Source: a virus
Lineage: Duplodnaviria > Caudoviricetes
IMG/VR virus record: IMGVR_UViG_3300027741_000065
Location: 1-61,217 of that record
Reading direction: 5' to 3' (one strand)
DNA: 61,217 bases
Position numbers and translations under genes: made by a program. Every line of letters starts with the position of its first letter. Position 1 is the stretch's first letter. Below are positions 28,284 through 36,658 of this stretch, piece after piece. Under the pieces are notes generated by a model, which worked only from the letters and a program-made list of their open reading frames with translations, had not been told where the DNA came from and searched no databases.

Positions 28284-29087
28284 ATGACTGAGAAAATTTT
28301 GCTAGAAAAAATCCGCCTTGATGGTGGAACACAACCCCGAAAAGAATTGGACGTAAACCTTGTCCAGCACTACACGGAGAAGCTTCTGGAAGGAAAGCAA
28401 TTCCCAGAAATAGATTTGTATTTTGATGGAAAGTCTTATTGGCTATCCGATGGCTTTCATCGCTTCCACGCCCACAAACGGGCTGGCTTCAAAGACATTG
28501 CCTCCAACGTAAAACAGGGAACCAAGCGGGATGCTTTTGTTGCATCACTCAAGGCAAACTCTACGCATGGCAAGCCAAGAACCTCGGAAGAAGGGCGCCA
28601 CGTTGTTCAATTAGCCCTGGAAGATATCGAGATGGGAGAGTTCTCGGACGGCCAAATTGCAGTCGTATGTGATGTGAGCAAAATGACTGTAGGCAGGGTG
28701 CGCAAAGCCCTTGGACTGGAAAAGACCCATACCATTGGTAAAGATGGAAAGCGCCGCGATACAACCAACATTGGGCGCAAGGCAAAGCCGGCAGATCCGG
28801 TCTATGAAGAACCGACAGAAGATGATAAATTAAATGAGCTTGCAACAGAGTTTGGTGTGATCTCAGAAGAGAATACACGGCTCAAAGATATGCTGGCAGT
28901 TCGCTCGCTTCCGGCAACAGAAGAGGCCCAAGCCGAAGTGCAGGAAACAATTGAGATGTTGCGAGAGCAAGTTAAGGATCTTGAATCACGGTTGCACTCC
29001 ATGACCCAAAGCAGGGATGAGTTCATGTCTAAGAACGCAGAGATGCTAAAGCAAATCAACTACTGGAAAAAAAGAGCAGAGAAGTAA
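28284..29087 (+). CDS. ParB-like N-terminal domain protein with HTH and coiled coil
   Basis: GGTQPR..LSDGFHRFHA..ANSTHG; SDGQIA..VSKMTVGRVR. Confidence 0.8.
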   Translation: MTEKILLEKIRLDGGTQPRKELDVNLVQHYTEKLLEGKQFPEIDLYFDGKSYWLSDGFHRFHAHKRAGFKDIASNVKQGTKRDAFVASLKANSTHGKPRTSEEGRHVVQLALEDIEMGEFSDGQIAVVCDVSKMTVGRVRKALGLEKTHTIGKDGKRRDTTNIGRKAKPADPVYEEPTEDDKLNELATEFGVISEENTRLKDMLAVRSLPATEEAQAEVQETIEMLREQVKDLESRLHSMTQSRDEFMSKNAEMLKQINYWKKRAEK

Positions 29088-29123
29088 AACCGAAGCTGGG
29101 CGGTTTCCCAGCAGGAGAGACAC

Positions 29124-30584
29124 ATGATAAATTTAAGACCGCATCAAGCGGATGTTGTGGATAAGCTCGACAGGGGCTTTGCAGAACACCGCTGCCAACT
29201 CTTGTATGCCCCTACAGGTTTTGGAAAGACTGAAGTAGCCATGCATATGATGATGCAAGAGGCCAAAAAGGGGACTAAGGTTGCAATGGTTCTAGACAGG
29301 ATCGTATTGGTCAATCAAACCAGCACGCGACTTGCCAAGTACGGTATTGCTCACGGCGTCATGCAGGCGGGACATTGGAGGCATCGCCCTTATGAAAGCA
29401 TACAGGTCTGCAGCGCACAGACCCTGGAGCGCCGGGCTGACTTCCCGGAGGTTGGCCTTCTGATAATTGACGAGTGCCATGTCCAGCGCACGCAAGTCAT
29501 CCAGTTCATCAAGGACAACCCCGATATCAGGGTTATTGGCCTGACTGCTACACCCTTCACGGCTGGGCTGGGTGACACCTACACTCATGTGGTGGGGGCT
29601 AAGCCAACGGGTGAGCTTATCGAGGATAAATGGTTAGTTCCGCTCAAGATTTTCATTGCCAAAGAGATTGACATGACTGGAGCCAGTAAGGTTGCAGGAG
29701 AGTGGTCGCAAGATGAGGTCAGCACCCGAGGGATGAAGATTACCGGCGATATAGTTGATGAGTGGATCAACAAGACAAACCAGCTATTCGGTGGACCAAG
29801 AAAAACTGTTGTTTTTGCCTCGGGCGTTGAGCATGGTCGTGACCTTTCGCGCCAGTTTGCAGAGCGGGGATACAACTTTGTTTCCATCAGCTACAAGGAA
29901 GATGATGACTTCAAGCGGGAAACGATTGAAGACTTTAGCCGTCCAGACACCGATATAACGGGGCTGATTGCCACGGACATCCTCACGCGAGGGTTTGACG
30001 TTCCAGACGTAATGATTGGCGTGTCGGCCAGGCCTTTTTCTAAATCATTCTCCAGCCATGTCCAGCAGATGGGGCGAATCATGCGCCCTTGCGAGGGTAA
30101 GACGCACGGCATTTGGCTGGATCACTCGGGCAACTATCTCAGGTTTAGAAAAGACTGGGATGATTTGTTTACCGAGGGCGTTACATCATTACCCGAAGGC
30201 GCGGAGACTGCCAAGAAAGAGCCAACAGAGAAAGAGAAGAAAGAAGCCAAGTGTGGCGGCTGCGGGGCGCTGTGGGTTTGGCCTGACAGAATTTGCGGGG
30301 AATGCGGCTGGGTGCGTCCCTCAAAAGAAGTGTTGAACGTGCCAGGAAAGATGATCGAGCTTGAGATGGGCAAAAGCACCACAGGCGAGAATCAAAGCTT
30401 CTACTCTGAGCTTTTGTACTACAGTCGTATGCGCGGATACAAAGATGGCTGGGCGGCGCACAAGTACAAGGAAAAGTATGGGGCCTTCCCAAGGGGTCTT
30501 GGCACAGAGATAAAGTCGCCGAGCTATAAAACGCTCAACTGGATTAAAAGTAAAAACATCGCATACGCAAAGGCTAGGGCATGA
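29124..30584 (+). CDS. SF2 DExH helicase with Zn ribbon
   Basis: APTGFGKT, DECH, TATP, GFDVP, QQMGRIMR; CGGC..CGEC. Confidence 0.92.
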   Translation: MINLRPHQADVVDKLDRGFAEHRCQLLYAPTGFGKTEVAMHMMMQEAKKGTKVAMVLDRIVLVNQTSTRLAKYGIAHGVMQAGHWRHRPYESIQVCSAQTLERRADFPEVGLLIIDECHVQRTQVIQFIKDNPDIRVIGLTATPFTAGLGDTYTHVVGAKPTGELIEDKWLVPLKIFIAKEIDMTGASKVAGEWSQDEVSTRGMKITGDIVDEWINKTNQLFGGPRKTVVFASGVEHGRDLSRQFAERGYNFVSISYKEDDDFKRETIEDFSRPDTDITGLIATDILTRGFDVPDVMIGVSARPFSKSFSSHVQQMGRIMRPCEGKTHGIWLDHSGNYLRFRKDWDDLFTEGVTSLPEGAETAKKEPTEKEKKEAKCGGCGALWVWPDRICGECGWVRPSKEVLNVPGKMIELEMGKSTTGENQSFYSELLYYSRMRGYKDGWAAHKYKEKYGAFPRGLGTEIKSPSYKTLNWIKSKNIAYAKARA

Positions 30585-31366
30585 GATTCGAAGAGTTCGC
30601 ACAACAAAATGGCCTTCTGATAGACCATGTAGTCGAGGGAAGGTGGATGAGAGTTCCAACCGTAGATCACCCAAAAAAGAAGAACGGCGCGTACATTTTT
30701 GATGGGAGAAGTGGCCTCATACAAAACCATGCAGTCCATGAAAGCCCGATAAGGTATATGTCCGACGAACCCTACATCCATGACCCTCATGCGGCTGCAA
30801 AGCGCGAGAAACGTATGGCAGACCAAGTGCGAAAGCAGGATGAGGCAGCCAAAAAGGCGGCATTTATCTTTAACAATGTTACAGTCGAGCCCCACCCCTA
30901 CCTCATTCGCAAGGGGTTTCCAGAGCCCAGTAAGGTTTGGAATGGCCTCCTAACTGTACCAATGCGGATAGATGGGCGCCTAGTTGGCCTTCAGCTAATA
31001 CAAGAGGATGGGACAAAGCGGTTTTTGAGTGGGCAGCGGACCAAGGGCGCTAGTCTGACCATAGATAACCACGGTCCGAATGTGCTTGTGGAGGGTCTAG
31101 CGACAGGCTTATCGGTGCGTCGAGCGCTGAAACACCTTCGGCAGCGGTACAAAATCCACGTTTGCTTTTCGGCTGGGAATATGTTGGAGATAGCTAAGAC
31201 AGTCCAAGACCCGATAGTGATTGCCGACAACGACGCTATGGGCACAGGAACAGCCAAAAAAATAGCCTCACGCTACTGGCTAGGTGAGGCTGGGGAAGAT
31301 TTCAACGACTATGAGCAGAGGGTCGGCGTCCAGACGGCTGCCGAATCCCTCCGCCCGTTCTTTTAG
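30581..31366 (+). CDS. TOPRIM-domain primase-like protein
   Basis: HPYL.RKG, LQLI..DG.KRFL.G, VEGLATG, IADND, DFND. Confidence 0.88.
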   Translation: MRFEEFAQQNGLLIDHVVEGRWMRVPTVDHPKKKNGAYIFDGRSGLIQNHAVHESPIRYMSDEPYIHDPHAAAKREKRMADQVRKQDEAAKKAAFIFNNVTVEPHPYLIRKGFPEPSKVWNGLLTVPMRIDGRLVGLQLIQEDGTKRFLSGQRTKGASLTIDNHGPNVLVEGLATGLSVRRALKHLRQRYKIHVCFSAGNMLEIAKTVQDPIVIADNDAMGTGTAKKIASRYWLGEAGEDFNDYEQRVGVQTAAESLRPFF

Positions 31367-31602
31367 GATTCTCCCGAACCCCTGCAGGTGCGGCAGGTTG
31401 TGCCTTCTCGCATTCCTTCGCCGCTGCCGTTACAGGCTGGGCAAATACCTTCATCTTCGGTCTCCTCGCTTTCCGGCAGGAATGCCAGTAGGTTTTCTCG
31501 GGGCACATCGGACAGCATCAAAATGAGGGCGTCATATTCACCCAACACAATGTCCCGCTTGATCGCTTTGATCACGGCGTTGATCAATTCCACGTTGGTC
31601 AT
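31363..31602 (-). CDS. Small protein with DnaJ-type CxxCxGxG Zn finger
   Basis: CPACNGSG..CRTCRGSG; start uncertain. Confidence 0.6.
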   Translation of the reverse strand: MTNVELINAVIKAIKRDIVLGEYDALILMLSDVPRENLLAFLPESEETEDEGICPACNGSGEGMREGTTCRTCRGSGES

Positions 31603-31607
31603 GCGGC

Positions 31608-32033
31608 TCACCATGATGATTGATAGGTGAATGACCACTCGTAACCCAAGTCCAGCTTGAGTAGCTCCTTGAGTTCCTCATGGGTTCGTTTGACATTCTC
31701 CCAATACCATTCGTCGTAATCTGTGCTGCCAAAGAAAAACCCGCTGCTTGATGGGAGTAGCTCTTCTGCCTTGCTGGGGTCTGCGATAACCTCCCCGCAC
31801 ACGTTCATCAGGTCAGCCAAAACCTCCTTGTCAACGTAGTATTCCCCACAGTCGTCTTTGCCATCTTGTACGCGATCAACAAACCAATTGTGGATTTGGT
31901 TGGCCTTGCGCCAGTACATTCCCTCGTATGTTACGCCCTTCAAGCGCATAGACCCAGCCTCCACCCCATCCACATTCACCGGCTCATCGCTGCCAATGTA
32001 TTTCTTGGCGTTCAGGTACATATCTAATCCCAT
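31608..32033 (-). CDS. Conserved phage protein (MGLDMY family)
   Basis: MGLDMYL..YWRKANQIHNWF..GFFFGSTDYDEWY..YQSSW; AAGGAG RBS. Confidence 0.85.
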   Translation of the reverse strand: MGLDMYLNAKKYIGSDEPVNVDGVEAGSMRLKGVTYEGMYWRKANQIHNWFVDRVQDGKDDCGEYYVDKEVLADLMNVCGEVIADPSKAEELLPSSSGFFFGSTDYDEWYWENVKRTHEELKELLKLDLGYEWSFTYQSSW

Positions 32034-32035
32034 GT

Positions 32036-32098
32036 CTATCTCCTTGTTACAGTTAGGGCAATGTCGCCCCACAAACCCAGCACGCTGGGCTTGTAGAG
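32036..32098 (-). repeat. Intergenic hairpin/RBS element, copy B
   Basis: 19-bp and 18-bp blocks identical to 33954-34017; stems covary. Confidence 0.85.
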
Positions 32099-32108
32099 TT
32101 CACTTCGT

Positions 32109-32285
32109 CTATTCCTCCAATTTAACAATGCGATAGTTGCCAATGTCGCGGCTTTGCGTGTTTCGCAACAGGTCGTCTAGCGCGTCTTGCGCCTCTTCTC
32201 GGTTTTCAAAAGTCAAAATCCTGCCGTTTTCCGTCCAGGTGTTAATCCACTCTCCGCCCCAATGCAGGGTTTCAACCTCGTACAT
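32109..32285 (-). CDS. Hypothetical protein
   Basis: AAGGAG RBS; MYEVET..WINTW..YRIV. Confidence 0.65.
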   Translation of the reverse strand: MYEVETLHWGGEWINTWTENGRILTFENREEAQDALDDLLRNTQSRDIGNYRIVKLEE

Positions 32286-32490
32286 GATCTTGCTCCTTAA
32301 GTTTGTCAAACGGCGCCAGCATCTCGTCAAACTGTGCCAGCACGCTCTCACGAGTTCCCTTCAGGCCGAACTCCTTCTTGATGATTGCGAAGAAACTGCG
32401 TCCGCTGCGGCGTAGTCCCTTCACTTCCAACCGTAGGCCGGCGCGTAAGGTCAGCATCCTGAATTGCAGGATTTGGTTTGGGTCTGTCAT
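32272..32490 (-). CDS. Hypothetical protein
   Basis: GLRLEVKG..IKKEFGLKG; TAATG coupling. Confidence 0.7.
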   Translation of the reverse strand: MTDPNQILQFRMLTLRAGLRLEVKGLRRSGRSFFAIIKKEFGLKGTRESVLAQFDEMLAPFDKLKEQDHVRG

Positions 32491-32669
32491 TACCATTGGT
32501 CGTCCTCAATCGGTTCGTCAACATCGTTTTGGTCGTAGCCAGACAGGATTTCTGGGCGGTAAGTCGCTAGGACAGCCTCACAGCACTTGTCGCACACTCG
32601 GGCAAGGGGAATGCCTTGTCCGTCATGCTCCCACCAGCTATCGGCTCGGGTATGGTCGCAGTAGTTCAT
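32490..32669 (-). CDS. 59-aa hypothetical protein
   Basis: MNYCDH..DGQGIPLARVCDKC..DVDEPIEDD; AAGGAG RBS; not in ORF track. Confidence 0.65.
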   Translation of the reverse strand: MNYCDHTRADSWWEHDGQGIPLARVCDKCCEAVLATYRPEILSGYDQNDVDEPIEDDQW

Positions 32670-32863
32670 CGCTCTTCTCCTTGGATCAAAATAATATCGT
32701 CATCTATGTCTGCGGCTTGGATCTCCGGCCCACCAGCAAAGCGCAGATACGAGGTGTTTACGGTGTAGTCGTAGTCAACTGCGAAAGCTAGGGCGTCTTC
32801 CGCGCTATCGGCCTCTACCAGCACTTCGACCACGAAATATTTTCGGACTGAATAGGTGTTCAT
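32666..32863 (-). CDS. Hypothetical protein
   Basis: VEADSAEDA motif; ATGA overlaps. Confidence 0.65.
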   Translation of the reverse strand: MNTYSVRKYFVVEVLVEADSAEDALAFAVDYDYTVNTSYLRFAGGPEIQAADIDDDIILIQGEER

Positions 32864-33540
32864 TTGATCCTCACTATTGGTATCACGCGGCTTGCGCGTT
32901 GGTTAACTAAATTGGTCTTTGCACCGTGAGCGCGGAAGCCCACAATGCTCTTACGATCTACCTTTTGGCATAGCTGGCAGACAGCACAGTTTGTGTCACT
33001 AGTCTGCGCAGGACACACCACAATATGCCGTCCAGCAGGGGTGTAAGAATGCACAGGCGTATCCACAGGCACGATGCACACCACAGGCCCCGCGCCTAGG
33101 TCAGCCAAGTAATCGGCATCCTCAGCGTCATTGGCGGACAGGTTGACGGTGTATCCCCATGCGTTCGCGTGACGTATCCACTTGATTGCCTGAGCGCCGC
33201 GCTTGTGGGAGTAAGTAAACCCGCGCCGGCCAAAATTAGCCCGCACAATCATTCCTAGCTGGGCAGCGTCCACCCGCTCACCTTTGCCGACTAGGTCACC
33301 CACCACCTCACCCCGCCACAGTTGCCCCTCGGGCAGGGCAGCAATCCTGGCGGCCAGCGCGACAGTTGTAATGCCATCGCGGTCGGCGCGGTTCCATGCT
33401 AGTGATGTATGGAAATCATCCCCATAGCATCCCTTGCGGTACAGGGGACAGGATGGAGGGCACGAAGCCCGCTCGCGGTAGGTCACTGGTATTGCCCCCA
33501 CCTTCCGGTTGCCGCTCCTCTCTACGAACAGAGTTTTCAT
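32860..33540 (-). CDS. Cys-rich protein, radical-SAM/Gp88-like
   Basis: SCPPSCP..GCY, R..VVGD, FTYSH, VNLS, CPAQ..CAVCQLC..FRAHG. Confidence 0.6.
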   Translation of the reverse strand: MKTLFVERSGNRKVGAIPVTYRERASCPPSCPLYRKGCYGDDFHTSLAWNRADRDGITTVALAARIAALPEGQLWRGEVVGDLVGKGERVDAAQLGMIVRANFGRRGFTYSHKRGAQAIKWIRHANAWGYTVNLSANDAEDADYLADLGAGPVVCIVPVDTPVHSYTPAGRHIVVCPAQTSDTNCAVCQLCQKVDRKSIVGFRAHGAKTNLVNQRASRVIPIVRIK

Positions 33541-33794
33541 GGCTGGAACCTTGGCAAAGCACGAATGAATGAGTCATGGTTGGAGTTGACCTCGCGGATC
33601 TTGTACTCCTCGCCTGCGGCCTTCTTAGCATCGTCCCAAAGCGTGTAGTCGCAGTCTTCCTCAAGGTACGCATTTCCCCCCTTGCGGTAAGAGTAGCTGG
33701 ACACTTTGTCGGCAATGCCGAGTCGGTACAACTCAGGGATGGGTACTTCAATCCAGCCATGTCCGGGGTCAGCATGGAATGTGTACTCAGACAT
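33537..33794 (-). CDS. Conserved phage protein (DPGHGW..YLEEDCD)
   Basis: Characteristic motif pair. Confidence 0.75.
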   Translation of the reverse strand: MSEYTFHADPGHGWIEVPIPELYRLGIADKVSSYSYRKGGNAYLEEDCDYTLWDDAKKAAGEEYKIREVNSNHDSFIRALPRFQP

Positions 33795-33951
33795 AGTCCT
33801 GCTCCAAGTAAGTGGTCAACAGGTAGCCGGTCATCACGCCAGCCCAAATCAGCGCGAAACTGGACACGCGCCCATCGGTGAATGCACCGATACAGAAGAA
33901 CACCGCACACAGGGCGCCGATACCAGCGTCCGCAATTGATTGACTACTCAT
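33787..33951 (-). CDS. 54-aa two-TM membrane protein
   Basis: AAGGAG RBS from repeat copy A; MSSQSIADAGIGALCAVFFCIGAF..FALIWAGVMTGYLL; not in ORF track. Confidence 0.6.
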   Translation of the reverse strand: MSSQSIADAGIGALCAVFFCIGAFTDGRVSSFALIWAGVMTGYLLTTYLEQDYV

Positions 33952-33953
33952 TA

Positions 33954-34017
33954 CTATCTCCTTGTTACAGTTGTGGCCAATATTGACCCGTTAACCCAGC
34001 ACGCTGGGCTAACAGAT
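33954..34017 (-). repeat. Intergenic hairpin/RBS element, copy A
   Basis: See copy B at 32036-32098. Confidence 0.85.
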
Positions 34018-34021
34018 TGCA

Positions 34022-34498
34022 TTAGCGCGCCTCGATGCTGAAAGTGTTGTTGCCGAAGAAACTCGTCACCTTCTCATGCACCATGTCGTCAAGGTCAAAA
34101 ATTTCTTCCACCTTGTCCGACAGTTTGTCATCCGCCCAGCTATCAATGGCAGCGTCAAACTTGTCCGCAAAGACGTTATCCATGCGTTCGTCCAGCGCTT
34201 CCTCCACCGCAGCATTCACCCGCTCGTCCACCAAGCTCAGCAGCGCGGTAACAGGGTCAGGCCGTGCAGCCAGTTGTGATCGCAGCGCTTGCACTTCGGC
34301 AGCGTGCTTGTCTTGGATAGCAGCCAGTTCAAGGGTGTGCTGCTGGATCGCGGTGTTCAGCACAACATGGACAGCGGTGCGCATGGCAATAGAGTCCGCG
34401 CTACTGACAGCGTTGCCGTACAGGTCATTGGCCTGATTTAAAGCTTCCGTTAAGTTTGCGCGTGTGGCGAAGAGGTTTTGTTTGTAATCGACTAGCAT
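34022..34498 (-). CDS. Hypothetical protein with acidic helical C-terminus
   Basis: AAAGGA RBS, start MLVDYK, directly downstream of ribozyme. Confidence 0.7.
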   Translation of the reverse strand: MLVDYKQNLFATRANLTEALNQANDLYGNAVSSADSIAMRTAVHVVLNTAIQQHTLELAAIQDKHAAEVQALRSQLAARPDPVTALLSLVDERVNAAVEEALDERMDNVFADKFDAAIDSWADDKLSDKVEEIFDLDDMVHEKVTSFFGNNTFSIEAR

Positions 34499-34514
34499 GA
34501 TTGATCCTTTGGTT

Positions 34515-34564
34515 GAGTAAGACCCCCGAAGGGGTTTCGCCGATTCACGGCTCATCAGTTACCC
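34515..34564 (-). ncRNA. Hammerhead ribozyme (type I topology)
   Basis: GGGUAA-CUGAUGA-GCCG(UGAAU)CGGC-GAAA-CCCC(UUCG)GGGG-UC|-UUACUC; complete core and three stems. Confidence 0.92.
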
Positions 34565-34804
34565 TGCAATGTCGCGGTAGTACTGCGCGTCCGCTTGACG
34601 TTCGCGGTAGACCTCAGCCACGTCCTTCAGCAGTTGCCAAGCTTCGCTTTTTGTGTAGGGCTTTCCACCCGACGAATGTGTAAAAAGACGCTCATAGTCC
34701 TGCTGCGTCCAGCACTCCACCATTGTGTCTGCACCGTTGTTATAGTTGTCATAGCACCATTGCTTCATTGCTTCCACTTCCGCTTTGATCTGCTCTGCGT
34801 TCAT
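34559..34804 (-). CDS. Hypothetical protein
   Basis: NYNNGADTMVECW motif; stop codon inside ribozyme stem I. Confidence 0.7.
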   Translation of the reverse strand: MNAEQIKAEVEAMKQWCYDNYNNGADTMVECWTQQDYERLFTHSSGGKPYTKSEAWQLLKDVAEVYRERQADAQYYRDIAG

Positions 34805-35155
34805 TTAGTAAGCTCCCTCTATTCCGTACTTCTCGACAATGTCGCCCCAGCAGGCAATGCGGTATGCGCCGTTCCAGCGCACCAGCGTAGGCACATAGGT
34901 ATCCCCAGCGTTGAGGTACAGGCAGATGCCGCGCTTTGTCTCGATAGCCTCGACACCGTGGTAGTCACCGAGCGCATTCAGGCATTCCATACGGATATCC
35001 TGAGTTGTTGGGGGGTGATAGCACTCGGCATAACGACGCACACCGACAGGCGTAGCCAGCAGTTCGTCGCGGGTCATTGTCAGCAGTTGCTTGGCACGTT
35101 TAGCGTTTTCACCGAACAGGGTAGTCAGGGCTTCTACGGAAGGGGATCGCATCAT
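34805..35155 (-). CDS. Hypothetical phage protein
   Basis: HGVEAI..YLNAGDTYVPTL..WGDIVE; GAGGAG RBS. Confidence 0.75.
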   Translation of the reverse strand: MMRSPSVEALTTLFGENAKRAKQLLTMTRDELLATPVGVRRYAECYHPPTTQDIRMECLNALGDYHGVEAIETKRGICLYLNAGDTYVPTLVRWNGAYRIACWGDIVEKYGIEGAY

Positions 35156-35343
35156 TCACTCCTCTATGTCATACATGGCGGTATTGCCACCCATGTATTG
35201 CATCATACTTTTTAGGGCTGCGCAAGATATTTTGAAAATATTTTTCGCGTGGAGTTGACCAGGCACTATTGGGTGAGTCGTGATATAGTCGGCGCGTTCT
35301 CAATTCATACCGGTCAGTCACAACATGGACGGGCAGTAACAAC

Positions 35344-36057
35344 ATGGCCAAACAGACAACACAGAAACTCACAAGGGCGCAGATCAAAGCAGGGCTAGAC
35401 ACTATCCCAGTAGAGCAGCTACTAAGTAGCGGTACAGGCAAGACACCAGCACTAACAACAAAACAAAGAGAGTTCGCAAGGGGCGTGGCTCTAGGTAAGA
35501 CCAAGGCACAGGCATACAGAGACAGCTACAAAGCAGACGCAACACCAGCAACAATGGTCACAGAACCGTATGCGGTGGCAAGGAACCCTTTGGTGTCCCG
35601 CGAGATAGAAGCCTACAAGCTGGCAATTGAGGCGGAGAAACACCGAACCCCTCAACAGCTAAAGGCCTTGCTGGTTCAACAGCTAGTGGCTCACAGTCTT
35701 GATGATGATTTCCCCCCAGCTAGCAGGGTTCAATGCTTGAAGCTACTCGGATCACTCTTTGAGGTGGGCGCATTCGTAGAGCGCAAAGAGATCACCACGG
35801 TCAACAGGTCTGATGACATACGCACTAGGCTCATGGACAGGTTGAGGACTGTAACAGTTGATACAGTACAGGCAGACGATGCGCTGGATTTGCTGGTAGA
35901 GATTCAGGGCTCACGCCAGCCAGCAGACCCCACCGCACCCGTACCCCCGCATTCGGGCCCGTCGGGCCAGCCCCTGCCCCAACATACTATTCCACACATT
36001 CAATCTCTAGAAAAATCCGATGAAGAATCCGATCAGGTCATAGACTTCGATTCCTAG
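35344..36057 (+). CDS. terS: Terminase small subunit
   Basis: LTTKQREFARGVALGKTKAQAYRDSY HTH..CLKLLG; upstream of TerL. Confidence 0.75.
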   Translation: MAKQTTQKLTRAQIKAGLDTIPVEQLLSSGTGKTPALTTKQREFARGVALGKTKAQAYRDSYKADATPATMVTEPYAVARNPLVSREIEAYKLAIEAEKHRTPQQLKALLVQQLVAHSLDDDFPPASRVQCLKLLGSLFEVGAFVERKEITTVNRSDDIRTRLMDRLRTVTVDTVQADDALDLLVEIQGSRQPADPTAPVPPHSGPSGQPLPQHTIPHIQSLEKSDEESDQVIDFDS

Positions 36058-36131
36058 AACACCCCCCCTTGTGTTTCTATACAAAAAAGGGGTGGGGGGT
36101 ATATTTTTTTAAAACCGTATCACTATTACAG

Positions 36132-36401
36132 ATGAAACATCCTAAGTTAGTACATGAAGTAAAGAACAAGAGCTACTATATGACTGAGAAGCAAAGAACT
36201 GTATTCCTTGTTATAGATGAATTCTGGAAGGAGTTTGGGTATGGTCCTTCTATAGATGACATCATGTATCAGACTGGGGATAAGGGGCGCGGGAATGTTC
36301 ATAGGATTGTTAAGAAGCTTTGTGAGCTTGGGATATGTAAGAGGATGAGCCGTAGTGCTAGGAGCGTGCGGCCAAGTTATTTGTCTATGAGGAACATATG
36401 A
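36132..36401 (+). CDS. Stand-alone LexA-type winged-HTH protein
   Basis: MTEKQ..GYGPSIDDI..NVHRIVKKLCELG..ARSV; no peptidase domain. Confidence 0.75.
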   Translation: MKHPKLVHEVKNKSYYMTEKQRTVFLVIDEFWKEFGYGPSIDDIMYQTGDKGRGNVHRIVKKLCELGICKRMSRSARSVRPSYLSMRNI

Positions 36402-36658
36402 AAACAATCATCCATGTAAATCAGCATGTTGTTAAGGCCAATAGGAAGAATGGGACTAATGATCCCGTGCTTACTGTTAAGACCTACAAGGAGAATAAGT
36501 ACGGGCATGAGGTAACCATCCACGGCGATAGTAAGGTTGTTTACTCACCTGATAAGCCTTTGTCTTGCGGGGCGCATGTTTGGATAGAGACTCAGGGCGA
36601 AGTTACAGTTGTAAATGACAATGACTACTTGTTGGCTCTTGGGCCTTGTGGAAAATGA
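36398..36658 (+). CDS. Conserved phage protein
   Basis: IHVNQH..KPLSCGAHVWIET. Confidence 0.75.
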   Translation: MKTIIHVNQHVVKANRKNGTNDPVLTVKTYKENKYGHEVTIHGDSKVVYSPDKPLSCGAHVWIETQGEVTVVNDNDYLLALGPCGK

